Below are positions 25,301 to 37,217 of a DNA stretch of 64,000 nt, in pieces. Positions within the stretch are counted from its first letter, which is position 1, and each line of letters starts with the position of its first letter. The stretch lies in NCBI GenBank assembly GCA_965649825.1, contig OZ287704.1, positions 236,101 through 300,100 of the forward strand, read 5' to 3'. A model generated the notes under the pieces. That model saw nothing but the letters and a program-made list of their open reading frames with translations. It was not told the DNA's origin and ran no database searches. A program made the translations under genes and the position numbers. Origin of the DNA: Penicillus capitatus. Its lineage: Eukaryota; Plantae; Chlorophyta.

Positions 25301-26100
25301 GAGTCCTGTGAACGGACAACGATCGCATCGATCTCTGTCGTGGTAGATTATGCGCAAGTCTTCCACGATATGTTTCTGTACATAGCTAGCGCTAACCGAT
25401 CGCTCATCATTCGATAAAAAAGCTACAGCAAATCTGATAGATTTGATTCACCGGTCCGAAAGCAACGCGCATTTTCTTAAGAAGTGTGCTCTAACAAACA
25501 TCCGCTTCACAATCGGCGAGCAGTTCTGTTTGCTCTTTCGTTTGCTAGCTACAGGCTCATACAGCCGGCGATAGGGATGTATCAACCAACGAACCCTACT
25601 TACGATCCATTCGTAAGAGTATCTATAATCCCACGGGAAATTCCGGTATCAATAAAGTACTCAGGTCCTTTGTGTTTCCTGGGATTGTCTGAGGTTTTTC
25701 GTGAGGTGCTAAGAATCTCACTCTCCTTTGAGTGCGACCAACGAATCAATGTCGCACTGTCGGTCGTCGCCGATCAAGAAGACGGGTCGAGAATCTTTCG
25801 ATTAACGATAGCATTGTGATTGATTCCCATGTCTTCAAATCTTATAACACATTCCGCTGAACCGCTTTTCAGTGCGACGTTTCCGCGACGGTCGACGTTG
25901 ATCGGTTTTCCGACAATGTTGATTGTGGCTATCTCTCTCCCAACTTCAATAAACGTCAATCGCAACATAATACCATCGAAAACGCAAATATCGATCGAGC
26001 AATCAATCATGTTCGATGTCGATCCGTCCGATAAGATGTTTCGTTCTTGATCTTGGCTCTCTAACGATATTAAACAGATAATAGAGATGTTAGAAAACGT
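22400..26100 (-). mobile_element. Decayed Ty3/Gypsy LTR-retrotransposon pol region (protease-RT-RNaseH-integrase order)
   Basis: Minus-strand remnants: IDCS protease-like motif near 26000, PDGTFKICAE* near 24570 (RT), KLLFLGHIVTPKG near 24010, LEVDASAFELGA and EAVVRALKRF...TLFTDN (RNase H), CQFCQQFK and FMDFTGP (integrase), and FWKSPYRV near 22500. Multiple stops and frameshifts. The ends are approximate. Confidence 0.8.
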
Positions 26101-27429
26101 GTTAGCTTTTTAAAGCTTTCGGAGAATCCATTTGCGTAGCATTTTTCTTAGCTCCCTACAAGCGATCAGTCCAACGCCAGGTCATTCTTTTCTGGTTCCG
26201 CGATTCTCGAAGACATTTGATCAATGACCAACATGATGTAGCACATTGTGCGTCAACACAAGCCACGGCATATAATAGGGATAGCACGATAACGTAAAGG
26301 CGTTTCCACTGTATAATGTGTGTCTCGAACCTTGCGTCACCTTGCACAACTGACAAGTGCGTTCTACAACCGAGAGGCACAAGTTCCAACCATCAAACAG
26401 TTAGTTAGTTCCAAAAATGGTCGATTTTACAAGGATGGAGATGTTCTAAAAACCGAGCGTAATATTCTCTTCCTTGCGGAAATACACTTTAAAGAACCAA
26501 GGTAGTATTATTACATCAAACATGAACAGGTTTTCTGCATCAACGTTTTCATTCAAATCTTCTTAGCTTCGATGTCTTAATAGATCGCTTTGCGGAACAA
26601 CTCTCGGGCAGGACAGCCAAAGTGGATCGATCTATTAGTCTTCTCAAAGCTCAGTCCCTCAACTTCGATCATTTATCGCCTTTATTTCAATCACAAAAAT
26701 GCTTCGATATTACTTAAAAAATCTTTACAAGACACAGGAGAAAAGTGTTCATAGAACTAAGGTTCTCTAGCGCACATATCACTACATTATAACTAACTAA
26801 CTAACCAACCGTTTGTTTTACGGTGAACGCCAATGCCAACCAAGTCACTAACACTTTCGACTAGCATGCTACACAAGCATTCGGATTGTTTTGTTTGTAG
26901 CTTTCTGTCACACGATCTGTTCGTCGATCTTGGGTTTGGCGATTTATGCTATGGCGCCGAATTGGTGCTTTACAAGAAGACGGATGTTACAATCATAACA
27001 GGGCTATGAATATTATTATACCACAAGCTTCCACTACGTTTATTTTCCATATCCAAACAGTTTAGTGATAATAAAGAATTCAAAAATTAGCCCTTTCTCC
27101 AAAAATTCCGATATCAAAATTGACCAAACACTATCAAATCAACACTTCTGAGCCACGAAAATGAGCACGTTTACGGTCGCGATAAACTAAAAGTGATCTA
27201 TCTGCCCGCAGTCCGGATTCGTCTTCTGTCACACTGAAATTAACATTTTTCTGTTTTTTGGCAACATTTTGAGTGATGTGGGTCTGATGGGGTCTCAATC
27301 ACAGAAGGAGAAAAGACTGTTCGATAGTCCGATCGATCAGAGTCGATCATAATGCAATCGTAAATGTTGTTTCCTATCTGTCGCACTGTCGACGGACAAC
27401 GGGTAACGACGAAGGCTTATAGGTTACAA

Positions 27430-29300
27430 AGATTGTTGAATCTATTACAATCCGGATTATATACGCGTCGAACGTACGCAAACGTCACATCAACGCGTCT
27501 CCGTCGTCAGCTGCACGAAGGTGGACAGCTGTTCACTGACACTATCTTCCTTTCGATGCTCACAGTACCGCACCACCTAGATGTCATTTTCTTTGACCAT
27601 TTTTATGTAGAGTTCCATATCCACATCAATTTGCCTTGCTTTAAGTCGCTCTTTGGAAGATTCTCTCTGCGGGTGCATTGGTTTCGAAAGTTCACGTTTT
27701 GATCCACAGCATTCCATCGTCGGGCTAGAACTGTCGGCAGTCGCATTAAGCCGGACTGACGATTTCTGCTTTCTGAGGCAGATTGACAGACACCCTCGTT
27801 CGCGACCACCGAAGCAATTCTCTCTAGTCTTGGACGGTGTCCATCAGCATGTCGCTGGTTGATATTTGTGTGACTCGGTGTAAAGCAGTACAAGGTTGCA
27901 TTTCAATCTCAGGCAAAAGAGAAGCCCATCGATCCTCGGCTGAGCATCATCTTCTCAGCCTTTAAAAAATTTTTGATTTATGCGTTCACAATCTTTATTG
28001 CACTGTTAACTATAGTCAGGGATTTCACGGCGTCGAATTTTCTGTTCAGTGAGCCATTCGGTCAGATGCCGGGAAGTCAGAGGTCTTGAGTTATCACGGA
28101 TAATATAAGTCGGGAAGCCAAACTGCCTAGACCATCGATCGAGAGCCCGACTCACTGCCAAACTAGACGTCTCTGTGCAGACAATCGGCATCGGATGCCT
28201 CGTATACAGGTCAATTGCCACTAAGATGTATCGCTGTCGTCCGGCCTTTAGCATCGGTCCAATGAAGTCAACAGCCAATGCTCCATTGAACTCCATTCGG
28301 GTCTTGACGGGTTTGGTTGTATAGCTTATTCTTTTGTAGGCGTTGTTGGCAAACGACACATGTTGCCACATGGCTCCGAATATCCTGTCTGAGTTCAGGG
28401 TCAATACGCAAACTCTTGTGCTATTCTTTGTCTTCTAAGATCACTACGGGCCGAGCCCAGGACTCCTTTTTCCCCTCGAATGAAGGAACAAACATCGATA
28501 TCAATCAGGCCTTTTACGTGGACAGTCCCATCTCTAAGGTCCATAGCCGGAGTTACACCGACAGGGTCACCCGTACACGATTGTTAACCGACCTTGGGGT
28601 GATTGATCTGAATGCCACAGAAAGCCATTCTCGTCGTCAAATATCTTAGGACACCGGATTTATTTTCTTTTTTCCTCTTTAAGAAGTTTGCATGAAAGAT
28701 TAAATTCGAAGAAACGAGATATAAGGAGAAAAATGGCACACGAAAAAAAATGCGCCCGAACACAAAAAACTAGAATTTAAATGACAGTCATTGTCAGACG
28801 TTAATCCCGCACCATAAGGACCAGCTAACCTTTCATCGTCGACGGAAACTGCTAGAACAGTTGTATAGAGATCAGAAAATCAAATAGCTACAATGCACCG
28901 TAAGATGATAAACACAGTATACTTTGGTAAAGAAACATCCTTTAATCTGATTCGTCTTAAGAGAACCTTTGATGCAAACAATGGCAGCTTATTTGTCGTG
29001 GTCAAGAACACAATGATTCTCATCGAAAACAAGAAAGTATGCCTGTCTCTCCTCTTGCCTGACTTTTGGATGTTCATAGTCGTCAATGAAGGTGAGATCG
29101 TAACTACATTTGAACACCAACAGAACCCCAATTGGCCAGCAGCTCCGGTCACATCGTTTCGTCAGACTCTTGAGATAACATACGAGATGGTGTGAGATGA
29201 TATGTTCGGTTCGGTCAATCTCTAAAATGAAACCGATGGATGCGTGTGAATTTTGAGGCTTCATGACGATAACAGCATCGTGCATCTAAATGGTCGAATG
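27430..29300 (-). mobile_element. Second decayed Ty3/Gypsy pol fragment (RNaseH remnant + integrase)
   Basis: Integrase core LAVDFIGP...YILVAIDLYTR...FGFPTYIIRDN in ORF 28006-28404, and KMTSRWCGTV resembling the integrase C-terminal motif near 27570. The ends are approximate. Confidence 0.8.
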
Positions 29301-29492
29301 ATTAGTTACGGAGCCATTATCCTCGACAGCATTGGAAGTTGTTCGACAGTGATGACACGTGCTTTTTAACGAGAACCATATAAGACTGCCAATTGCGCAT
29401 TTTTCCGCCATACCTTCGTTGTTTTTTTACAGAACTCTTCCTTCGTAATTACAGCATAGATAAGTCGGCAACACTCGTCTGTTAGTAAACAA

Positions 29493-31171
29493 ATGGAAAC
29501 CACCGCTTCTCGAGAGAGGCCTGAGGGACAGCGCTCGAGCAGGCTACGAAAATGCGATAAGCCGAGAAGAATCTTCTTTCTGTTGACACTTTTATTTATG
29601 TGGATGCTTGTGGACAGAGGTACGGATGTGACAGCTCCACAATCTTCTAAGGCGTACTTGTTTTCGCAGGCATCATTGCTTCAAACACGATAAACGGCAG
29701 CGACGATGACGGGAACTACAACGGAATACGCGTGAGTTCGTTCTTTCTTCAAGTTGAAGAATCCTTGTCGACTTCTGTTTGCAGGACGACATCGAGATGT
29801 CGAACTTCGAAAACGGCCTTCTGTCATCAGCGCTGTCGGCTGGAATCATCGCGTGCTCTCTGTTTCTCGCACGAATCGCCTTTCGCTTTCCGCCGATGGT
29901 CATCGTAGGCGCCGGACTACTGCTCTGGTGTGTTGCTGCTGCGGCTTCTGGTCTGGCTAACAGTTTCTATGCACTGTTCACGTGTCGCTTTCTCATGGGC
30001 GTGGGCGAGTATCCGATCTTTTCACTCGGATCCATCGTCATCGGTGCGTGTAGATACCAGTGCGCAAACAATGCTTACAGAAAATGTGATGACAGATGAT
30101 GTGGCACCCAGGAGCAGTACAACTTGTTGGCTGGCCATATTCTACACAGCAGGTCCTGTCGGCGTCGCCTGCGGCTTCTTCCTCGGTTCGGTACTGGGCA
30201 GCAACATGTCATGGCGATACGTCTTCCTCTTTGAAGCGTCAGTTGCTCTTCCTTTCGTCCTATGGTGCTTCGTAACAAAACCTTTCGACATCCAAAGAGA
30301 TTGCGAGACGTCCAACGGTGCTGTCGCTGAGGGCCAAGGGGCGGAAAACGGTGGATCTTCCGTGTGGCGTGACCTGAAACGCCTGCTGAAACATGTCGTC
30401 TATGATTTGAGTATATCAGGAGAACTCTTGCAGTTCGCCTTCCTCACTCTTTGCGAATACTGGGGAGGTCGAATGGCTGCAGCAGTTTTCAACAGCAATC
30501 AATCGGATATCGTCTTTGGAGCAGTAATCGTCGTCGGTTGTATCATTGGTGGGGTGCTCGGCGGTGTCATTCTGGATGCTATCGGTAATTCCCATGACAA
30601 TACGCTCCTGATCGATGCGTGTTTTTTTCTGTAGGATCTTCTGTCAGGAATGCCCTGTTGCTCTCCAGTGTTGCCTGCTTTGCCACTGGAATTGTCCTGG
30701 CGCCAGCGATCCTCTTGTTGGAAGATCTCTACGTGTTTATGCTTTGTTTACTGATCTGTTTTGTTGTCGTCTCACTAACTCAGGTGAAACCTTGTCTTTG
30801 CTAAAAGATTTATCCACATATCGTCGTGCGTTCAGGGCCCCTTGGCAGGAGTGACGTTGTGGACAGTTCCCCTCGACTTACGTCCACTGAGCCGCAATGT
30901 TCAAGCTGTTCTTGAGTATGGAATCGGGTCACTTCCAGCTCCGGCTCTCTACGGTCTCGCCGTGGATCTGTTGAAAAAGAACCACAGCGAGGAAACTTCC
31001 TTTCGTTATGCGACGGCCGGAGCTTGTCTTATCGTGATCTCTGCAGGGGCGATCCTCCTTCTCGGCACCTACGTAAGTACAGATAAATCGGACTACAGAA
31101 TTCGATCCGACACAACAGCTGACGCTATCGTCATCTGTGATGGTTCTCTCAGGCAACAAGATGGCGGGTGA
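29493..31171 (+). CDS. Spinster-like MFS transporter, copy 2 (5 introns)
   Basis: Same exon/intron structure and motifs as 19043-20760. The frame appears intact. Confidence 0.85.
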
Positions 31172-31343
31172 TCCACGTTTGATAACGATCTAGACTCAGG
31201 CATTATTTCTCTTCGCTAGCAGACATCGTTTCGAACACTGAACTAGTATTGCCGTGATAGATCAGCCGATTTTCATTGACCGAGGATAGTTTTTTTTTTA
31301 ATTTTGTGCAATCGGCTTGCAGTTATATTGTTGGTTAGCTACT

Positions 31344-32103
31344 TCAATGGAGGACTGTCATTCTGCCTTGCAGCGAACGAATGGTATAATACTGTACATG
31401 TATTGGAATCAGTTTTGGTAGATCAAGTCTCCAAGAAGAAACGGGGTGTTTATTGATGTTTGGAACGAAGCGTTCGTCAATGACGTTCATTTCTTCGGCC
31501 ACTTGCACTCCATGTATTCTGTCTGTTTTTGTTGCTAACACTTCTGACTCTCTGTACTCATTTGATCTTGCGTCAATCTTGCTAGTCTGTTTGCGCTAAG
31601 AGTCTTTTCTGCATTTGCAACCGTAACCATCTTTCATTCGTAGAACCCAGAATTCCTTTTCGATGAATAATAGATGCCGATGGCAGATGTGAAAGAATAA
31701 AGGATTTCTCTAAGAAGGCATACATTATCGACACTTTGCGTTCGCTTTGCACATATTTTGGCATTTTTTCGTTATCATTGAGATCTTTGTTTATCATTTC
31801 TACCAATGTGCCATTTTCCACGGGAGTTTTCTCAACGCTATCATAAGTCCTCGATCGCAAGAGAGCAATAAATATGGTCTTTACGATCGATGACTATTCA
31901 GAGAAAGAGAATGAAACTCGAGGGGCCACACTGAAAGGACGGACATGCTGGCCAAAACAAATGAGTTGTTGAGTAATACTCCCCATACATCTGTTGCTTA
32001 GAGTCATTAAATGCGGCCCAGTGAACAATAAGTGTTCGATCGCTATCGATCCTCGAAACGTCTTGTCGCGCGTTTGAGGTCGGCTGCCGAACGCACGGCG
32101 CAT
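31344..32103 (-). CDS. Putative orphan gene (at least 3 exons), unknown function
   Basis: Three ORFs (31894-32103, 31582-31860, 31344-31541) join in frame through two canonical short GT-AG introns (about 31894-31944 and 31582-31627). I recognise no homology. Confidence 0.4.
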
Positions 32104-32184
32104 TCGACCTCCAAATTAAAACTGAAAGAAGAGCAGAGGTTTTCTGACAGCGGCAGGAAGAGGTTCGAAAAACGCAACGCGCGT

Positions 32185-32977
32185 TTAACCGAAACGCCAC
32201 CATCTCTTTTCGGAACTCCAGTCTGTTGTATGACTCAAATGTCCGTATTTCTGCGCCATCCTCTGGCTCAGTCTCTTGGCAGACGCACTCGACTCCACAT
32301 TGAGCGCGCCTCGTCCGATCGAACTTCGAATCTTGCTCAGGTCTGGTCTTCGACGGCTTGCCGTGCTTTCGAATGGTTCAAAGTCGGTCTCGGAATCGCA
32401 ACAGCACAGCAAAAGCAAAGAGAGAAGAAATCCAAAGAACTCGACTGCACAGGAATGCCATTTCGCGGCTACTGGCTCTCATACGGCACACTTACGCAAC
32501 AGGACGACAAGGAATGGCCACTTCGTTTTTTCTAGGACGTCTATCGCTTTCCTCTTTTCCTTCGAGTTCGATGCCATATGATCGATCATAGGTTCGAGCG
32601 AAATGAAAACGAATAGCAACCCCACGGCCTGCACAACGAGACGACGGTTTTCGGTCCCTCGCGGTGAATGACAGAGCGTAACCTGGAGGGTCAATGCCGC
32701 AGACGACAGGATGAGATAGGTTTTCAGACAGCATTCTGCTCGAAAAGATCCGCAGAGACCGAAAATGGCGGAGACGAGTGTCCAGACGCCGACAGCCACC
32801 AAAGTCAACGACAAAGCCGACGACGGCGAAGCGTCCAGAGCAAAACCCAGTCCAACCAAGAATCCTCCTGTCCATAGCCGATGACCGATGTTGCTCGCTT
32901 TTCTCGATTGTACCTGTCAGGAGAAATGACGACAGGAGGGCTCGGATCGCCAAGCCGACGCGTCGATTCCAGAACAT
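32185..32977 (-). CDS. Tetraspanin-like membrane protein (TOM2A/tetraspanin-19-like), 3 introns
   Basis: Four hydrophobic segments, FGLCG...CCLKTY, and a C-terminal RMAQKYG motif. Confidence 0.65.
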
Positions 32978-33062
32978 CGTCGCCGAATTGCGTCAACGTT
33001 TTGTCAAAGCATTCATGTAACGCTCTCTTATTGAAAGCCCTGTGTCTCTGTGTTGTGTATTA

Positions 33063-33067
33063 TTACA
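33063..33067 (-). promoter_or_regulatory. TGTAA poly(A)-signal candidate for CDA
   Basis: TTACA on the + strand, 7 nt past the CDA stop. Confidence 0.5.
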
Positions 33068-33074
33068 GCAGCGT

Positions 33075-34284
33075 TCAATCACATTGTTCGAAACTCAGTA
33101 CAACGACCGTCGCTTCTTTAGATATTCTTTTGACGATCGATCTTACGGCAGCAGCTTGTGACACTTGTGGCATCTCGCCGAGCTCCGCCAAGATGACAAA
33201 AGAGATCTGAGACGATACGACGTCGCCATCGCCGAGAGATGAGGAATGCGTGCGTACTTCAGTATAGGCTGGCAGTTTTCCGTGAGCGATGGCGGAGATG
33301 ATGGCGGACTGAAAGGGTGCTAACGTCGGGTTATAGGCACAGTTCTCGATGGTCCCGCCACTGAAGACATCTCCATCCTTCGTGATGATGGACACTGCCG
33401 ACGGACACTGGCTGTACGGTACATAACTCTACATCCAATCCTATGCTCAGAATCTGAGAGCCAGGCAAGGAGAGAGCCTTCTTTACCCTCGATGCCGCTT
33501 CCAATGCATCCTTAACGCCCTTGTTCAGCAAAGGCGTGCCCTTGTGGCGTTGGATTTCATCGATTGCCTCTTTGGTCCATCGCAGAGAGAGTGGACGGCT
33601 GGGAGACATGATCCCACAGGAGGACTTCTCTCCCAAGACGTCCTGTGGCTTAAACCGCATAGGCAAGAGATCCTCTAGACGCCACTCGGTGGTCGGAATA
33701 TCTTTGAACACGAGCTTCAACTGATCCTGCAACCAGACTCACGACCAGCAATGCTTAGGACCATGTCCTCACAGCATGGTGTAACTCTGAGAGAAACTGA
33801 CGGCAGTGACCACATGGAACGGCATTGACAGCAAGGAACAATAGCTGGGTCTCTCTGTGATGCAAAGCATTTGCCACGACGAACTGCTCGGCATGGACCT
33901 TTTGACAGACACACGATCATCATCGACGTTCTCTGCTCTCTTAAGGTTACCGTGTTATAGAGAGGGACTCCCTCGAACTCGAGATTCATGCCAAGATACA
34001 CCGCCCCAGACTTTCCCAGTCCTGCTGCACTGTACCAAACCACTGCTTTTTTGAATCTCGAACGGCAGCATGGCATGTCAGACCCGACATGGAATTTTGA
34101 GAGCGGTGGTCGTGCGAGTTCCGCCACTTCGGTGACGAGACTAAGCAACAACTCCCTCTCTTGCATTCCCTTCTTCTGCATCAGTGCCTTGACGGTCTCG
34201 GGACTGAGATAAAGCGCCGCCTCTGGGCCCTAGAAGTGCATTGTGCTCGTCGCGATTTCCATTCCGTGTGGACGAAGAGACCAT
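33075..34284 (-). CDS. CDA: Cytidine deaminase (plant/bacterial two-domain type), 6 introns
   Basis: ARPPLSKFHVG, HAEQF, PCGHCRQF, SYVPYSQCP and IENCAYNPT. The first coding exon is inferred as ATG only (34282-34284), with intron 34230-34281. Confidence 0.9.
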
Positions 34285-34335
34285 GAACACGTCTTCGAGT
34301 GCCGGAATGATGCGAATGGTTCCATTCGGAAGACG

Positions 34336-36004
34336 ATGTCTGTCGTGCGTGCGCGTCTGGTCCCATGTGCGTCGTACGTTTGGGCAGATCTGTGGCGAAG
34401 GGCGCGCGGGCACGAATGTCGGCGACGGTTGGGCAAAGCCCTTTGCTCCACGGCGACACCGTTGGAGCTGGACGCTTCGACTGACGTTGAAGCGCCTCCT
34501 TTCAATGCCTTCCTCGACTTCAAATTCGTGCAAGAGAATCTCGATCTCGTTCGAGAGAATTGCCGAAAAAGGAAGGCGCCAGCAGATCCCGATGCTGTGG
34601 CCCGACTCTACTCTGAATACATCGCAGCAAAACTGAAGAGTGAGAAACTCAGAGCGGAACGTAACGAAAATGGAAAGGCCATGAAAGTGAGAACAGTCAT
34701 TGAATGTTCTGGCGAGACCTCACTGGGGACGTTCAGGGAAAACTGGACGCCGAAGAACGACAGAGACGCATTGCGATGGGATCTCAGCTCAAATCGGAGA
34801 TCTCGGCGGTGGAAGTGGAATTGGAGTCTCTGCAGAATCGATTACAGCGCGAAGGACAACGATTGCCAAATCTCACACATCCGGCAGTGCCCGATGGAGA
34901 TGAAGACAGTGCCATTGTGATCAAGACAGTAAACAGAGATGTCTTTTCATGCCGCCTCGGTTACATCTTGTGATCGGCAAGGTGGGCGAGAAACGCGTGT
35001 TCGATTTCGAAGTGCGAGATCATGTCACACTTGGAGAGGCGTTGGATTTGGTTGACTTTACCAATGCGGCTATGGTAACGGGTTCAAAGTTCTGTTACCT
35101 GAAGAATGCAGCTGCAATGTTGGAAATGGCGCTGATCAATTGGACTTTTCAATTCGTCGTGGCAAAGGGATTTACACCTATCATGACACCGGACTTGATT
35201 CGTGAGTCCGTTCTAGAAAAGTGTGGATTTCAACCACGACGTCAGAATACACAGGTGATGAAGAATCGACATAAATATCATGCTGCCGATGAGAAGATGG
35301 GTGTTCAAGGTCTATAGCATTAAGGACAGTGATCTGGCTTTAGCTGGTACAGCAGAGGTGCCTCTAGGCGGACTGTACATGGATCAAATTTTGGACGAAG
35401 GAGAGCTTCCTATAAAGATGGTGGCATTTGGCCATTGTTTCCGAACAGAAGCTGGATCTCTTGGGACGGCATCTAAAGGACTCTATCGGCTACATCAGTT
35501 TAGTAAGATTGAGATGTTTGTGATCTCCACTCCTCGACAGAGTGAAGCTCTTTTGGAAGAGCTGGTTGCAATCGAAGAGGAGCTTTTCACACAACTCGGC
35601 CTTCATTTCAAAGTATGACGGCGTGCTTAATCTCGGCGATGCATACACAAGAGCGTGGTTGATAGATTATGGACATGCCGACAGCGGATCTTGGTGCCCC
35701 GGCCTATCGAAAGTATGACATCGAAGCATGGATGCCCGGATTGCAACGCTACGGAGAGATTTCAAGCGCATCGAATTGCACAGACTACCAGAGTCGGCGT
35801 CTCAATATTCGATTTCGACCCAAACTGCAGGGATCATCAAAGAGAGGGCAGAATATTTTCGTGCATACATTGAATGCCACAGCCTGTGCTGTCCCAAGGC
35901 TGTTGGTTTCAATTCTCGAAAACTTTCAAAATGCAGACGGGACAATCTCTGTTCCGCATGTCCTGCAGCCTTATCTGGGAGGAATGTCTCTCATTTCAAA
36001 ATAA
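34336..36004 (+). CDS. SerRS: Organellar seryl-tRNA synthetase, 4 introns
   Basis: [63 protein letters not shown] and [12 protein letters not shown]. Arg/Ala-rich N-terminal extension. Confidence 0.93.
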
Positions 36005-36090
36005 ACAGGAACAAGAATCGTTGAATAGAAAAACGGATTTTTTGATCATGCTTGTGTATAACAGTCGATTAAGGCAGAACATGTTTCTCA

Positions 36091-36095
36091 TGTAA
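36091..36095 (+). promoter_or_regulatory. TGTAA poly(A)-signal candidate for SerRS
   Basis: TGTAA 86 nt after the stop. Confidence 0.5.
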
Positions 36096-37217
36096 ATTCG
36101 GGGAAGCTTGGCCGCCATAAATCGCATGAGTTCGTTGGCCTTTTTCTTCCGGCTCTCGAATTGTGGACCTAAAGTTCATGGTATTGTTTATCGACAGCCC
36201 GCGCAATACTGCTGACAAAATCTTATGGATTCCAAGGATTGAAAAGACTGAAAAACTTGTCCGATCCTAGAGAACTGACGAGGAGTGATGGAGTGCGTCT
36301 GTTTTTTCGGAGGATCTGATAACGAACGTCTCATCCGAAATATACCTGGCTGGCCAAAAAACACACAAACAGTTCGAATTGGACATCGCCACTTTTCAGC
36401 CGCTTTTTGCAATGCTAAAGGCTCTTGCAACAAAAACAGAAGGGGTGGAAGGCAATCGAGCGAATCTATTGAGTCGATCGCGAAACGCATTTGCAGAGGT
36501 GTTCGAAACGAGATAAGCCATCCAACCTCGCCGAGGGAGTCGTCGTCACACACATAAGAATTCGCTTGTCATGGCGCAAACGAACAACTCCTTCGTCCTT
36601 TCGAGCCGTTTATTCAAAATTGGGTGACCGGAAGATCTCTGGAGAAATTTCTTCCTTCGTCCTCTCAATTGGTGGCTAACAGGAATTCAACGCATACCTC
36701 TCAGAAGATCGCGCTCTGCGTGAAATCGATGATTGGAATGAACCCTGATTCTCTGTTGCTCCTGGCAAACAATTCTATATCACCTTACGGAGCCGTCCTT
36801 GCGCAAGAAACGATTGCTGGATGCCTCGATCATAGGCGCAATCTGTTAACAAACGACAGCATCAACCAACTCTGTTCTCGCAGCAGACGGCTCAGTCCGC
36901 GGGCATTCCAACCGTGATGTGCGCCGCCTGAGCACAGCACGCTCTTTTTGGAAGCCCGTTTTCAAAGAAACGGTTCGTGTGGACGCGATCGACCGCCGCC
37001 GAGCGAATGTAGCAACTGAGCTCGTCAAAAATTTGTTAACAGCCGTATGGCAATCCTTAGACAGAGAGGTTGTTGCACAACCTACAGTCAAAAGACTTCA
37101 CGTCGGTGTCCATTCAACCATCAATCAAGCTAACAGCAGATTCTTCAATCACAGAATGCCCCAGAGACGATCGACAGTCACGAAAACCGAAAAATCGTAA
37201 GTGAATTGAATAATAGC

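Noticed and set aside
21305-26810. Short tandem repeats (TTCGGTAT x3 near 21306; TAAC x4 near 26790)
   Set aside because: Too short to imply function. They are ordinary microsatellites in decayed TE DNA.
26950-26962. TGGCGCCGAA resembling a tRNA primer-binding site
   Set aside because: It is on the opposite strand to the pol remnants and has no adjacent LTR end.
34231-34262. In-frame TAG upstream of conserved CDA sequence (MEIATSTMHF*GPEA), suggesting TAR=Gln reassignment as in some ulvophytes
   Set aside because: The TAG is explained as an intron acceptor. Conserved proteins here end at TAA/TAG at the expected positions (AP4M1, PGDH, SerRS, SF3B4), and the 1119-aa Gln-rich ORF has no internal TAR, so the code is standard.
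36188-37200. Several 60-120-aa ORFs and intron-like segments between SerRS and the Cys-rich gene
   Set aside because: I could not build a consistent spliced frame. It remains unresolved and needs RNA-seq.
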